Shown here: positions 38,801 to 47,150 of the stretch, piece after piece
Position numbering within the stretch: the first letter of the stretch is position 1
Layout: each line of letters starts with the position of its first letter
Source: a virus
Taxonomy: Duplodnaviria; Caudoviricetes
Length of the DNA: 64,000 nucleotides
IMG/VR virus record: IMGVR_UViG_2974664081_000001
Coordinates: 11,874 to 75,873 of that record
Strand: one strand, 5' to 3'
Position numbers and translations under genes: made by a program
Notes under the pieces: generated by a model
Told to the model about the DNA's origin: nothing
Database searches by the model: none
Seen by the model: only the letters and a program-made list of their open reading frames with translations

Positions 38801-40277
38801 CGGCACGACGGGCTAGTGCATCACCTGCGGTATTGATAGCAGCCGCACCGACAGCCGAAGCACCTGCCAGTGAGGTACGGGCAGCCAATTTGGCCAGAGA
38901 CGGTGCATGGGTAGCACCCGCAGCACCAAAGCCATAGAGGGCACCTTCGCCCACTTGACGACCAACACCTTCAGTCAGGGATTGGTTTTCATTGGCGTAC
39001 TGGCCCTCAGCGAAGTTCTGAGCCAGTTGGGAAATACCACCTTGGACACCTTCTTCAACAGCTTCACGGCCCAAGTTGCCCACAGCTTCGCGGCCTGCAC
39101 GGGCAGCCAGTACATCACCTTCAAAGCGGGAAACCAGCGTACCGGTAGCAGCAGCCAGAGGAGCGGTAATAGCCGCAGAGAGCTTACCGGTACGGTCTGC
39201 CACTTGAGCCTTGGCAGCCTCTTGGCTCAAACCTTGACCAATGAGTTCCCGGTACATCGGGGACTCTTCCATCAGCTTCTCATGGGAACGGCCCATGATA
39301 TCGGCAGCCACTTGTTGGTAAGCACCCCCAGCTTCCATACCCCCGATGGCAGCCAGTACCGGAGCTTTGGTTGCAGCAGTGACAGCAGCCTGCCCGGCTT
39401 TACCAGACATCTCGGTAGCCAATACAGCTGCCCGGCCAGCATTGTTGGAGAGAACCAAGGAGCCTAATTTGGACAGGCCTTTGGTAATCGGACCAGCAGC
39501 CAGCAAAGAACCAGCAGCATTGGCCGTACCGTCTGCCAACAAAGCCGGGGCCAGTGCAGCATTGGCAATCGAATTGGTGGCATCACGGCCAATGCGTTTT
39601 AAACCAGAGATGAAGTCCGATTCGCCATTTTCGGTATCGATGGATTCCTGAACACGGCTGTCCCGTTCATCAAGGAAGTTGGCCGCCTCGGAAACTCGAC
39701 GGGCAGTGTTTAGCTCATCGGATTGAGTAGTCCGCAGCCAGTCATTGGCCTTGCCGATACCGGCAGCAAGGGCAGCACCCGATTCAGGGGAAACTAGCCC
39801 AACACCCAAGTTGGCCAAGCCAGCGAGTCCATTAACGAAACCGGAACCAAGGGAGCTGGTAACGTCATAAGCAAAATCCCCAGCACTTGCAGCCGGGGTT
39901 TTCAAATCATTGAGCACTTCCGTACCGGCAGTGGCTCGGTCACGAATCATGTCCTGAGCAGCAGCCCCGTACTTGCCGTACAGATCCACTGGGGACATGT
40001 TGCGAATGTCTTGTTCCAGTTCGGAGCCATGCTGACCACCCGCACCCAGAACACGACCTACTGCCATTTGATAATCAGTAGGCAAACCACCCATGGCTAC
40101 TCGTTTGGCATCCGAAGCTTGTGCTACCTGAGCCTGCTTATTGGGCACAGTGGCTGCAATGTCTGCGGTCTTCTGTTGGTAAGGATTGGGATTTGGAAGT
40201 CCAGCATCAGCATTAGCTTCTGGAAGCATCTGATCTGGGTAAGCCGCTTGACGCAAGAGGTCATCGATAGAGGCCAT
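29853..40277 (-). CDS. virion-encapsidated RNA polymerase (N4 gp50-like)
   Basis: 3474 aa; motif A EADGVTNG, motif B RGIAKNPLTITIYG, motif C KIFDG; no Cys seen. Confidence 0.97.
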   Translation of the reverse strand: MASIDDLLRQAAYPDQMLPEANADAGLPNPNPYQQKTADIAATVPNKQAQVAQASDAKRVAMGGLPTDYQMAVGRVLGAGGQHGSELEQDIRNMSPVDLYGKYGAAAQDMIRDRATAGTEVLNDLKTPAASAGDFAYDVTSSLGSGFVNGLAGLANLGVGLVSPESGAALAAGIGKANDWLRTTQSDELNTARRVSEAANFLDERDSRVQESIDTENGESDFISGLKRIGRDATNSIANAALAPALLADGTANAAGSLLAAGPITKGLSKLGSLVLSNNAGRAAVLATEMSGKAGQAAVTAATKAPVLAAIGGMEAGGAYQQVAADIMGRSHEKLMEESPMYRELIGQGLSQEAAKAQVADRTGKLSAAITAPLAAATGTLVSRFEGDVLAARAGREAVGNLGREAVEEGVQGGISQLAQNFAEGQYANENQSLTEGVGRQVGEGALYGFGAAGATHAPSLAKLAARTSLAGASAVGAAAINTAGDALARRADAIQEANAAASPISDQAVAQAAAEAQTTAPQAAPIIQEAIDSLEGTPEQKAQVQQYADSLLTASQFDSGEVRASMAPVVEGATNRVEAIQRLSDVVVKAEEGSREELSAGLEMFELLEPYARLLEADPELLNQIPGDHQAAQIINQYGALMDSIGSSPKVLKALNTVQQAIANRAAQPVAPVTEESLATPAGQEAIRDAVTVAAIAPDKGNLEQNEQILYQVSQGRIQVTPEQKAALDTSVALLRAAKAADEEALRLGQDSASAQVSRNVKTEYGKKGKSALQHAQGIMSAWKAGNFDLARSRLFQMSEFVNSMQNKVAALNTHFASGNPASEAVHYEALGPNGEWFTSKAGLKVHPGNENSVKFAQTVALETKVLTDVYNGMVSAFPNLDAQHIVGTPLNDSLNRPAKDVVAAYRTPAQPPAPTAAPTVEETPAAPAVTQPAPSVEATPSQVPTSTVVEEKVSEPVAEAPAPTPEPEAPVRELKGLQAVYPDLIGSQFSKAFTLPDNQLTRTVGDETPMASVVAALKDSASLTRYMGKSLAHDYTKEIATAYQGYLSTGEQIVGELNENLQAYLNRPYSKTEKRTMLELLLTDGEVRQQNGKMLKGSDLPSTVQGKALSLTQQDGDTLVYNPELAETSVLAGLQWMLTADQFGSVLDAKDVASITGLNPDLVSEAMVDQMNQGMSVVEAKRTLASKIQSYWGVVPDSNGLIGQQEGIPEAMAAELLRVFRDNGLLTEKSFYVQNAQLVEYVKGEVKPPKDAKTIDRLLPVELPMDSPLREFPSAIEQAVMVEPEGIRYIGQNARPPVAKTQLRNPLVQNTEQQLQAIENEQNTPYFVNPQMAGFYSALGVDNVLKLFAAGSFDPEQMNVNHAKSLDGVNRGTVAAFNELQGLLAEVGNIGKKAGTALDQTPIHYQFNMTRVARLQMLGKYNPQANKLVREAILPTRSTLDLSNQNGQDYRRFTLGMAQLLGIKVHKMSFENVSNKLKGMLEGGLAPSVQRLQDWVSRFDISETTQPSAMLPDELVEGLVQDFKAADADLSPMGLHALMEYARYVQADDAGKASFDTSLYLEADGVTNGPINAMVLFTTGQFTPQWIRNIAKGGLYFNRPGETVNSYNEGEDKRDLYQATTDRLQDNLESLRQSLSGNPQGNEQLKHLFNLMDEFLGGDLTLDEEGNLTLQRGIAKNPLTITIYGSGAAGIAGKMTKAVTDAVYERMSDIAQNGGRLPDKAAAALQRLISTQASVDKDGNLKFKTTESDRKVKYDPKTFTFTEGELRNIQSNMLHMFVNPMRQAIEETVGAPLTRTAELLRQATQVQSIVLENAFRTQVEAELNKKRQTEGWREGDFLTTKELRDIYKKLEHLAPFVKTGTQTFFISGSQAVDVASTNFGHALNGQFRTPAFVNGPADSGVAGIPFMNIGAGDGQMMQNISVADNAPTGTLKIFDGMNMPLDQIESGSEVANQAVYDSWMGNPLKAVYDSYSQFMENADLSKFPAATQQQLSRALFGLNNSEASLDEIREAMRDLTNNLNSAQQQIEARHQVMSQVSLSIDQMAAASSPYVREGQVFLSGTDAEGLADQLNVMYTEALNKITQEQDTNEAIGSEIKALSTQDESGAYLLNAADLGSLAQAVNLPAEQAEVLKQINDSLAAKAYKVVYGSAKQIAAYAQNQGHTLPEMPGGDVKGFTTVGDQTIYLINPTSETLIHELVHASTFETVLGHYSDPEFSRNNPQGGLAVARIEALMDQFLNLELNQVSAEVSQAYSDAANTIRGYLNKPNPQNKAAALNEFMAWGLTNRSLISLGKRTKASKLAQIAGSIFDAIKSMFFRGRRNAPAKGQDMFSNLLFNSSMLMYSQPTGRARHKASTLFQNSIYGVDERLSRVSEAFANAVGRYLGEPLVPGKPMASTSVSEAIMTSYRIGQSMMAHGFPMNMQQASTFSNIVTALATEARIDPNSMAAAQKLYSHVVKNLSVEDFMANPDSQNPADRYYAQEKYNSIMGNYLTEMDIHGRSTLLPSFLALATVNDEFRAVLQKMELPRTERNQEGTLDAVLENAGNQVMDALTDRMAGIKKAANVEQAIDALNAHIGKQVQDRETFIDQMASKSGGYIDRANEIVVDGMTSLSQRLLDADSKARKAGANKVTRMVTGFGAGIGAVINEQSGQIVSQGVMTAMNRMKVWEPLHTLVNDLIGRTKNNASVYDMIKGVRSVVQQTRQQFREHLPSLIAEKFSRQLTAQEWSSLHMSMGKTDLAVLRDAFTQKQINEMITDSKKLDSNIATLESFLQNEDPAHWKLLQRKANQLANYMLTSDPGTNLLRNAYAVSQLFGESKQKDWATKGDTFVKGVDQLVTMYALKQLEPGHMDTLSSLVQTEGDGIGFTLSYLLGQRVDEQRKVNSPATQVNHFKGYIPSAQQEGVSMLVADDTEFAKLAAQSYVRVQEYGGSNLDRGKGNKSYYYAPAAARAGYEQGIMQNARQTASGVDATTGYSLAPNAGRITEEATVKKIAKAIANERSNRENLLPVYNPAGEVVAFERSLDPVMLERIQGENHLAKMIGQWRGRQVEEASSQKFNERLIDNLKAMYDKDLKASKANQAQYVNVFASSDPVLQDAAELFNRDTRDYIKSVFGDDFYVRKDMLNDALGYRSASIGDAWTGNSRWSPKTQETVKNLAISVFGNKAYQYTVNAETTLKNLVSDARVLIVVKSVVVPVSNLMSNVYQLAARGVPLVNVVRGMAKKTAEVDQYVKSRIRQIEAEAELRASTDDPIKTRKLNAEIQSITDAHKRMSIWPLIEAGEFSSISDAGLTRSEIQLTEGRLQAYVESLVSKLPGPIATMGRYAIITKDTALFQGLQKAVEYGDFLAKAVLFDDLTQRQKKDRKYALGRVSEEFVNYDRLSGRFRGTLENLGLLWFYNFKIRSVKVAASMIRNNPVHTLLATLAPAPTLFGSVGLPTEDNVVSKLLDGSLDYSMGPGQGLRAPELNPWANLVQ

Positions 40278-40386
40278 TGAGGAACCCTGTATTAGAGTTA
40301 AATATCGAGAAAGTCTACCTTAAAGTTGAGTCTAATAAAAACAACAAAACCCCGCCAAGGCAGGGTTCCATTGTATACGTCAACGC

Positions 40387-42258
40387 TTAGTCGTACAGAC
40401 CGAAACTCAAATCTTCCCGATTGAATGCTACTGGAGGGGGGGCTGGCCGGTTCAGTTCAGCGTCTTTCTGCTCCGGCGAAACAGTTTCCTGATTCTGTTG
40501 GGCTGCCGGACGTTGGGCACGAAGAGCTGGAGTAGTCCGTTGATTGTCGATCAATGCACTGAGTCGTTGCTGAGCACGTTCATAGGCTCGCTGGTAGCGA
40601 GGAATAGAACTGGCCAGTTGAGGACGTTCCTGTGCAGCACGAACTACGGCTGCCAACTGTTGGGCTGCTTGTTGTTGGGCCTGTTGAGCCAAGGAGATTC
40701 CTTGACCTACAGCCGCAGCACTCTGGTTGGTCAAGGCTTGGTCGATGTTTACGCCGGTTCGTTGGGCTGTGATATCGCCTTCAAGACGTTGATCATTGAA
40801 GCCAATATTGCCACCCAGATTGGTCGTCCCACGGAAGTCCCGGCTGAATGGGTTAAAGGTACTGGCTCCCGAGATGTTCCGACGCAGAATGGCACCGGCT
40901 TGTGCAGGGTTGGTATTGCCTCGACGCACGATGTCATTCAGCTGGTAGATCACATCAGCCCGGTTGGCTCCCTTGAAATCGGATGCCAGCAGAGTATCAG
41001 CCACCGTACCCACAGTGTCAGTGTTGGACAGGTTCTGGAATAGGTCAGTGGTAGCACCTTGCTGACCGACATTCTGCATCTGCCGTACACCCAGATCAGC
41101 CTGAACTGCATTCACCTGCCCAGCAGTAACCGCCGGAACATAGTCCCGAGTCTCTTTAGGGAGCTTCGAGAGCCAAGCATCAGGATTACCTTCCCGAGTC
41201 GCTTCAGCGATGGCCTCACTGACACGGCCAGGACCAGCGTTATAGGCAGCAGCCGCTTTAGCTTCATCACCACCGAAGGTTTCCTTCTGCTTGTTGAAGT
41301 AGGCTTGACCCAAGGCCAAACTATACTGAGGATCGTTTTTCAGACGATCCGCACTCCAAGGCAAACCTGCCAGTTCAGCCGCTTCCGGGCCAGTACCGGG
41401 CATGATCTGGGCAATGCCCTGAGCACCCTTGTTGCTGGTCAGGGTCTTGCCATTCTTATCGAACTGCTGACCCCCAGATTCACGCTGGATCATGTTGCCG
41501 AATGTCGAGCCTTCACTCAGAGAACCGGGACCGTACATATTCGGGAAAATCCGGGACAAGGCCTCATCGGCTTTGAACTGGGAACCCGGAGTCGGAGCGG
41601 TATCAGCCTCGGCACGAGCACCCGCAGCATCAATCGAGTTACGCCGAGCATCACCCACGATTCCCAATGCGGTCTGGTTGTCAGTGTCATCCCGACGGGC
41701 CACATCCAGATTGAACTGGTTGGTATTGTTGGAGATCCGGCGACCATCGTTAGCCAGACGACCACCTACCAGATCTACTTGGTTCGCCAGTACACGAGCC
41801 TGTTCCTGAGGTTGCAATGCTGCAATCGTAGGATCGGTGTTGCCGTACAGACGAGATGCAGCACCACGGGCATTGTCATTGGCCGTGTCGATACTGCGAG
41901 TCCGGTCGAAGTTGTACTGGTTGGTGGTCATGGCTTGGCCCAGGGCAGCCTGACGCAGTAGATCCGCAGAGCGAGAACCAAGAGAAGCCAGTACCTGTGG
42001 GGATACCGATTTAGGATCGATGCCCGCCGTGATAGCACCTGAGGTCAAGGCTTCTTGGTAGGCCTTGGGATCGGTGTAACGAAGCGAGTTCAGAATGACC
42101 TGTTGGTCATTGGTTCGACGCTGTTCATCACGAAATTGGGTCAAGCCCTCACTGATCCGAGAGAGGGCGTTGTCCACCATGGCGCCAGACGCTACTAGAC
42201 CCCGGAGAGAGCTTCCGAAGTCAGGAGCATCCACATTACGCCAAGTCAGAGTTGCCAT
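40387..42258 (-). CDS. internal virion protein with lytic transglycosylase (SLT) domain
   Basis: QRESGG, GAQGIAQIMP, AAYNAGPGRV, ETRDYV; gp51 position. Confidence 0.9.
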   Translation of the reverse strand: MATLTWRNVDAPDFGSSLRGLVASGAMVDNALSRISEGLTQFRDEQRRTNDQQVILNSLRYTDPKAYQEALTSGAITAGIDPKSVSPQVLASLGSRSADLLRQAALGQAMTTNQYNFDRTRSIDTANDNARGAASRLYGNTDPTIAALQPQEQARVLANQVDLVGGRLANDGRRISNNTNQFNLDVARRDDTDNQTALGIVGDARRNSIDAAGARAEADTAPTPGSQFKADEALSRIFPNMYGPGSLSEGSTFGNMIQRESGGQQFDKNGKTLTSNKGAQGIAQIMPGTGPEAAELAGLPWSADRLKNDPQYSLALGQAYFNKQKETFGGDEAKAAAAYNAGPGRVSEAIAEATREGNPDAWLSKLPKETRDYVPAVTAGQVNAVQADLGVRQMQNVGQQGATTDLFQNLSNTDTVGTVADTLLASDFKGANRADVIYQLNDIVRRGNTNPAQAGAILRRNISGASTFNPFSRDFRGTTNLGGNIGFNDQRLEGDITAQRTGVNIDQALTNQSAAAVGQGISLAQQAQQQAAQQLAAVVRAAQERPQLASSIPRYQRAYERAQQRLSALIDNQRTTPALRAQRPAAQQNQETVSPEQKDAELNRPAPPPVAFNREDLSFGLYD

Positions 42259-42270
42259 AGAAGAGTCCTC

Positions 42271-42744
42271 TTAGCGGCTCAGGCTATTGGCTGCAATCAG
42301 ACGATCACGCTCTTCATTCGACATGCCTTGAGCTACAGCACGAGAAGTCAGACGATCCGTCAGTGCAGTGTTATACGACTTGATCTGGTTGTTCAGGTTT
42401 GTATTGGTGATGTCCTTGGTGAACTTGAACTGATCACTGGCCAATTTCATGGCTTTGTTACCTTGAATCAAACCAGTGAGAGCCTGAAGGCCACCTAATG
42501 CCAGACCGGCAGTAGGGATATTCATCCCAAAACCCGTACCGGAGAGAGCATCAGTAGCATTAGGAGTACCTTGCGGTACAGAGAGGCCAGTGGTATTACC
42601 GCCTCCCATGAAAGAAGCGGTATTCCCTACCACTTCGGGGGAGGTGTAACTGGGGGCTGCAAAAGTCGTAGCCCCGTTACCTTGGTAGTTGCCACCACTG
42701 AACAGACTGGCCAGCTGGCTCTGAATGTCTTGGATAGTGAGCAT
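42271..42744 (-). CDS. virion structural protein (N4 gp52-like)
   Basis: TNLNNQIKSYNTALTDR; synteny. Confidence 0.82.
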   Translation of the reverse strand: MLTIQDIQSQLASLFSGGNYQGNGATTFAAPSYTSPEVVGNTASFMGGGNTTGLSVPQGTPNATDALSGTGFGMNIPTAGLALGGLQALTGLIQGNKAMKLASDQFKFTKDITNTNLNNQIKSYNTALTDRLTSRAVAQGMSNEERDRLIAANSLSR

Positions 42745-42753
42745 GTGTTTTCC

Positions 42754-45429
42754 TCAAGGGAGTTGAGTAGTGATTGACGCTTCCGTGAATGAGGAAATCA
42801 GGCCATTGGTGATATCGGCAATGTCAGTGCCGGTCATCAATGTACGCTGCATGAAAGTCTCCAAATTCTCGTACACATAGTCTACACGGGCAGACTCTGA
42901 CAGTGCAGAGATGTCAATGGTGGCCTTGTTGAAGCCAAGGTTTTCAGACCATGCGTTATAGATCTCCATCATCTTGTCTTTGTAGTCAGTCTGGAGTTTT
43001 TCGATCTTGTCTTGGATCTCGTCGATTTTCCCTTGGACTGCTACGGAGTAGCCTTTACCAGCTGCCACAGTGGCCTTGGTCAAGTTCACTGCCGAAGTCA
43101 TGTTCTGCAAGCCTTGCATGGCCGTACCACCGTTGGCCAACGAAGTACCCATCGACAGGGCTGCCACACCAGCAATGGCACCGACAATGGCACCCACTTC
43201 TGGACCCAACAGAGCTACCGAGGCTTGCATGATCAGCTGGGCAATCAGCATCCCAGCGAGTGCGTTGATAGCTGCACCGGCAATGATGGCTGCCGTACCG
43301 GCCAGACCAATCGAAGCGCCCACCGAAGCAGCCGTACCCAGTACACCTGCACCGGCTGGAGCAGCACCACCCCACGTCACAATGGTGATGATGATCACAG
43401 CTACGATCAGTACCACCTTGAACCATGTCGAGGTGTACCACTTCTTCTTCACCACCTTGTAGGAGTTCAGCACCATGTAAGCCGCTGCGTTACCCATCTG
43501 GGTAGCGTCTTTCAACGACATGGAACGGAACACGCCTTCATGCAGGGGAATCAGGAACCCGGATTCTTCTGGGTCATTCAGGGCGTCTGGCCCATGAATG
43601 TCTACACCTTTTCCTCCGTAGATCATGTAGTTATGCCAGAGACCGGACACTGCCATGACCCGGTAGGAATCAGCTTTGTCCTGCCAGTACATCAGAATCG
43701 TGTTGTCATTGAATTCCCGATCACCGGTAATACCCCCAGAAATCAGGATTTCTTTGTAGGTGGAGGCACTAGCCACAGTGAACCAAGTGTTACCAACCTT
43801 GGCCCCAGGCTTACCCAGACCGGGGATGATCGATTCGGTAATGCTGGTGTAGTTCAAGTTCATGTTGAAGTTGAACTGATCCGACCGGCAGGTAAGACGC
43901 CGATACGGTGCATCAGGATAAGTAGCCCGAGGCGGTTCATCTGTACCGAACAACGGATCCAGTGGATTGGACTGAGCATCCCGCCATTCCACCCAACGTT
44001 CCTGCTTCAAATTCTCCTGCTGCCACTTGACCTTCCAAGCTTGGTACTCGGCATCACCTGTCTGGCCGTATTGGTTCAGCAGCTGGAAGAACTTGTAGAT
44101 GTACTTCCGGGCAGCATTTTCCTTGGTATTCAAGGACGTACCAAACACACAGTAAGCAAAGTCGATGTCTCCGAGAGACTCGCTGGATTCCAGCTGGTCC
44201 ACAAGGAAACTGAACTTCTTGTCGAATACCCGCTTCACTGCCTTCTTGTTCCAAGGCAGCTGGTCGGGCATGTACTCCTCACTGATGAAGTTGTTCCAGA
44301 TCCGCACCGGGATAAACGGGAAGAACTCACCCATGTTCTGGGGGGTGTCGAACATGGCATCGTAGGCAGCATTGCCATCACCCTTCTTGTAGATCACCAC
44401 CTTGAGGGGGGTCCACGAAGACACGGTGATTTCCTGCTCGTCCTCTTTGTAGCTGTAGGTGTGCCCAACCGACTGCACAGCATCGGTTACGGTAGTGGTC
44501 TTGGTGACGCCACCGGGCAAAGTTTCGCTAGACGAAGTAGTGGTGGTGTTGGTCACCGTGCCCACGACATCTTTGATGGTGGTGTAGTACAAGGTGTCCG
44601 TCACCTTGGAACCAAGGAAACTCAGTCCGTTATGGACCAGCTTGGTGTACACCGTGGTCACATTGTCCGCAGACTCTGTATGGGGCGTATTGACCGTGCT
44701 GGTCTCATTGGGCCGGCCATCGCTGTAGCTGACGACAGTGGTTTTCACGTCGTTCATGCTCAGCGAGACAGGTGTAACCACATGGCTGGACACATCCCAA
44801 TCAGACACATCTGGAAGATCGTCAGGGTCTGAAACAATGATCTCAGCCCCTTCCTCAATAGGTCCGGGGACCTGGCCCTGAGTCAGCATGTAGCTGAAAT
44901 ACAGATACTGAGCCTGTGGATCAAAATTCACAGGCTGGAAAGAATAGACCCGCCCATCAGAGGCAAAGGTCATGGTGACGGTATCGGTCAGCTCATCAAA
45001 GTCGATCTCGTAATCATCATCAACTTCGCTTGGATGGTTTTCCAGCATCCATTGGTCCACCCAGAAGCCATAATCAGCCAGCCCAACTTCAGCAGTCTGA
45101 ATGGACACATCGAAGCCGGGCGCCGGAACAATACTGGCAGCCAGTACATCGTGGTCGATGTTGGCCCCAATATTGATCCGGGCAGACTGAAGCCCTAGCT
45201 GGGCATTGTAGCCTTGGTTCCGTGCCCACCGAGCAAAGCCACGATAACGAATTCCCGTTCCCTTGATCAGTGCATCCTGAATGGTCTCCCCCATCGAAGC
45301 ATTGTTGTGAGAGATCACTTTGGTGGCGATCACTGTAGGGAGAAACTGCACCCGGTTTTCGATATCCCCAGCCAAGTTGTACATGCTGGAGCTGACGTAA
45401 ACCTTCTTCTTCGAACTGAAGAGACCCAT
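42754..45429 (-). CDS. virion protein (N4 gp53-like) with C-terminal hydrophobic segments
   Basis: MGLFSSKKK start, KKKWY followed by TM-like region; synteny. Confidence 0.82.
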   Translation of the reverse strand: MGLFSSKKKVYVSSSMYNLAGDIENRVQFLPTVIATKVISHNNASMGETIQDALIKGTGIRYRGFARWARNQGYNAQLGLQSARINIGANIDHDVLAASIVPAPGFDVSIQTAEVGLADYGFWVDQWMLENHPSEVDDDYEIDFDELTDTVTMTFASDGRVYSFQPVNFDPQAQYLYFSYMLTQGQVPGPIEEGAEIIVSDPDDLPDVSDWDVSSHVVTPVSLSMNDVKTTVVSYSDGRPNETSTVNTPHTESADNVTTVYTKLVHNGLSFLGSKVTDTLYYTTIKDVVGTVTNTTTTSSSETLPGGVTKTTTVTDAVQSVGHTYSYKEDEQEITVSSWTPLKVVIYKKGDGNAAYDAMFDTPQNMGEFFPFIPVRIWNNFISEEYMPDQLPWNKKAVKRVFDKKFSFLVDQLESSESLGDIDFAYCVFGTSLNTKENAARKYIYKFFQLLNQYGQTGDAEYQAWKVKWQQENLKQERWVEWRDAQSNPLDPLFGTDEPPRATYPDAPYRRLTCRSDQFNFNMNLNYTSITESIIPGLGKPGAKVGNTWFTVASASTYKEILISGGITGDREFNDNTILMYWQDKADSYRVMAVSGLWHNYMIYGGKGVDIHGPDALNDPEESGFLIPLHEGVFRSMSLKDATQMGNAAAYMVLNSYKVVKKKWYTSTWFKVVLIVAVIIITIVTWGGAAPAGAGVLGTAASVGASIGLAGTAAIIAGAAINALAGMLIAQLIMQASVALLGPEVGAIVGAIAGVAALSMGTSLANGGTAMQGLQNMTSAVNLTKATVAAGKGYSVAVQGKIDEIQDKIEKLQTDYKDKMMEIYNAWSENLGFNKATIDISALSESARVDYVYENLETFMQRTLMTGTDIADITNGLISSFTEASITTQLP

Positions 45430-45434
45430 TCAGA

Positions 45435-46382
45435 TTACCCGAGGTTGTTGTTGGTACGCACAGTCTGGAGCACTGCGTTGACGTTGGTATTGGTGAAGGT
45501 ATCTGGTGGCACCAGACCTTCGTCAATCGTCTTCTGCGTGATCCAAGCATCCGACCAGATACGGGCAGCTTTCAGTTCAGAATCTCGCTGGTAGCTGGTG
45601 ATCTGCTGGCTGTACAGGGCTTTCTGTTTGCCCAGTACACCCGTTACAGCCGTACCATCCACACGAGTATCCAGAGTCTGAGCACGTTGTGCCTCGGTCT
45701 GTTCTTTCAGCATGTTGCCTTGGTAGCCCAAGTTCTCGACTTCTTTTGGCAGTCGAGTGGTGAGATTGTAAGTTGCCGTGTCATTGGCAATCAGCTGACC
45801 ATCTTTTTGTGCGGTGTTTAACAGCAGCTGCATTGGCAGCATCTGAGTCAGATTGAACTGGGCAATGCAGTAATTCACCGACTCGGTGGCCAGACGCATC
45901 TTGGTCAAAGCGTAATTGGCCTTTTGGTTCAGAGCTTCTAGCTGAATGGATGCCAGCTGGACTTTGGCAGTTTCCATCTGGACTCGGGCAGTAATGGCCT
46001 GAATCTGGGCAGTCTGTGCCTGCCAGAATGCACTGTCTTTGTTCAGAAGAAACTGAACAGCATTGCTCATTGCACCCTCGAAAGCTGCAATGTAAGCCTT
46101 GGTGTATTCAGCCCCTGCAATACGGCCCTTATCAAATTGACGCTCAAGGTGAGCACCGATAGATGTCATTAAACCGTCAAACACACCAGTGCCATCAACT
46201 GCACGGGTAGTCAGGTCATCAACGGTAAGTGGCTTGATTTCCTGATACATGGCACCAGTGCCGTCATCAGGGAACTTGAAAACATCACTGTTAAAATCGA
46301 CTTCGGGAATGGTGAAGTCATTGTCTGTGGTGAGCGATTGGATCAGCTCATTGGCTTCGATATCAGCACCGCAACCGGCCAT
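45435..46382 (-). CDS. virion structural protein (N4 gp54-like)
   Basis: GTGVFDGLM, WITQKTIDEG; synteny. Confidence 0.82.
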   Translation of the reverse strand: MAGCGADIEANELIQSLTTDNDFTIPEVDFNSDVFKFPDDGTGAMYQEIKPLTVDDLTTRAVDGTGVFDGLMTSIGAHLERQFDKGRIAGAEYTKAYIAAFEGAMSNAVQFLLNKDSAFWQAQTAQIQAITARVQMETAKVQLASIQLEALNQKANYALTKMRLATESVNYCIAQFNLTQMLPMQLLLNTAQKDGQLIANDTATYNLTTRLPKEVENLGYQGNMLKEQTEAQRAQTLDTRVDGTAVTGVLGKQKALYSQQITSYQRDSELKAARIWSDAWITQKTIDEGLVPPDTFTNTNVNAVLQTVRTNNNLG

Positions 46383-46405
46383 CTGGAATCCCTCTGAGTA
46401 AAGTA

Positions 46406-46436
46406 AAACGGCCCGAGGATAACCAACGGGCCGTCT
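46406..46436 (-). terminator. intrinsic terminator
   Basis: acggcccg...cgggccgtttt on the minus strand. Confidence 0.65.
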
Positions 46437-46453
46437 TCATTGCGTCTAGTCTA

Positions 46454-47080
46454 TCAGCCGATGGAGCCAGCCGCTGCTTGTGCAGCTGCCAGAGTGGCCA
46501 GTTCTTTTTCGGTCAGTGGTTCCAACACTTCCAGCGAGAACTCACGAACCCAACGCTGACTGACTTCTTGTTGGCCGGTGGCCTTGTTACGCCACGTTTT
46601 GATTTCGAGGAACTTGCGCTTGTCCAGCATCTTGTAGATGCAGTAAGGGACGTGGTAGCCCTCGTCAGTGTCTTCACCATACGGTACGAACTTGCGGACA
46701 GTGCCGAGGAACTCGTTCGCTACGGTGAAGATCTCGCCCTTGAGATCTTTCTTTTTCGGGTCGAGGTTGGTGATGCGCAGTCGCACCAGTTTCATGTTCT
46801 CGTCGATCAGGTGCTGACGAAGGCTCTTGGTTTTCACCGGAGCTTCAGCTTCCTGAGCGGTTTGACCGATCAGGGGATTGGCCTGAGTGGTCTGGGATTC
46901 TTGGTTCTGAGCACTTTCCAGTTCAGCTTGCTTGGTAGCAATGCGTTCACGGAGGGTCTCGACACCGATGTTAGGGCTGAACGAAATGCCCAGCAGGGTG
47001 GCACGTTGTTTCAGCAAGTCCAGCTCGGAGACTTGTTGTTCTTCGGCGGACAGTTCGTTTTGAGTGTTGTCGTCGGACAT
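46454..47080 (-). CDS. conserved virion-assembly protein (N4 gp55-like)
   Basis: LKQRATLLGISFSPNIG; follows the capsid gene. Confidence 0.8.
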   Translation of the reverse strand: MSDDNTQNELSAEEQQVSELDLLKQRATLLGISFSPNIGVETLRERIATKQAELESAQNQESQTTQANPLIGQTAQEAEAPVKTKSLRQHLIDENMKLVRLRITNLDPKKKDLKGEIFTVANEFLGTVRKFVPYGEDTDEGYHVPYCIYKMLDKRKFLEIKTWRNKATGQQEVSQRWVREFSLEVLEPLTEKELATLAAAQAAAGSIG

Positions 47081-47150
47081 TGCTTTTGTTCCTTGAGATT
47101 CAGATTTGGAACCAAGGGGGATTACTCCCCCTCAGTGGGCCAGCCTGTAA

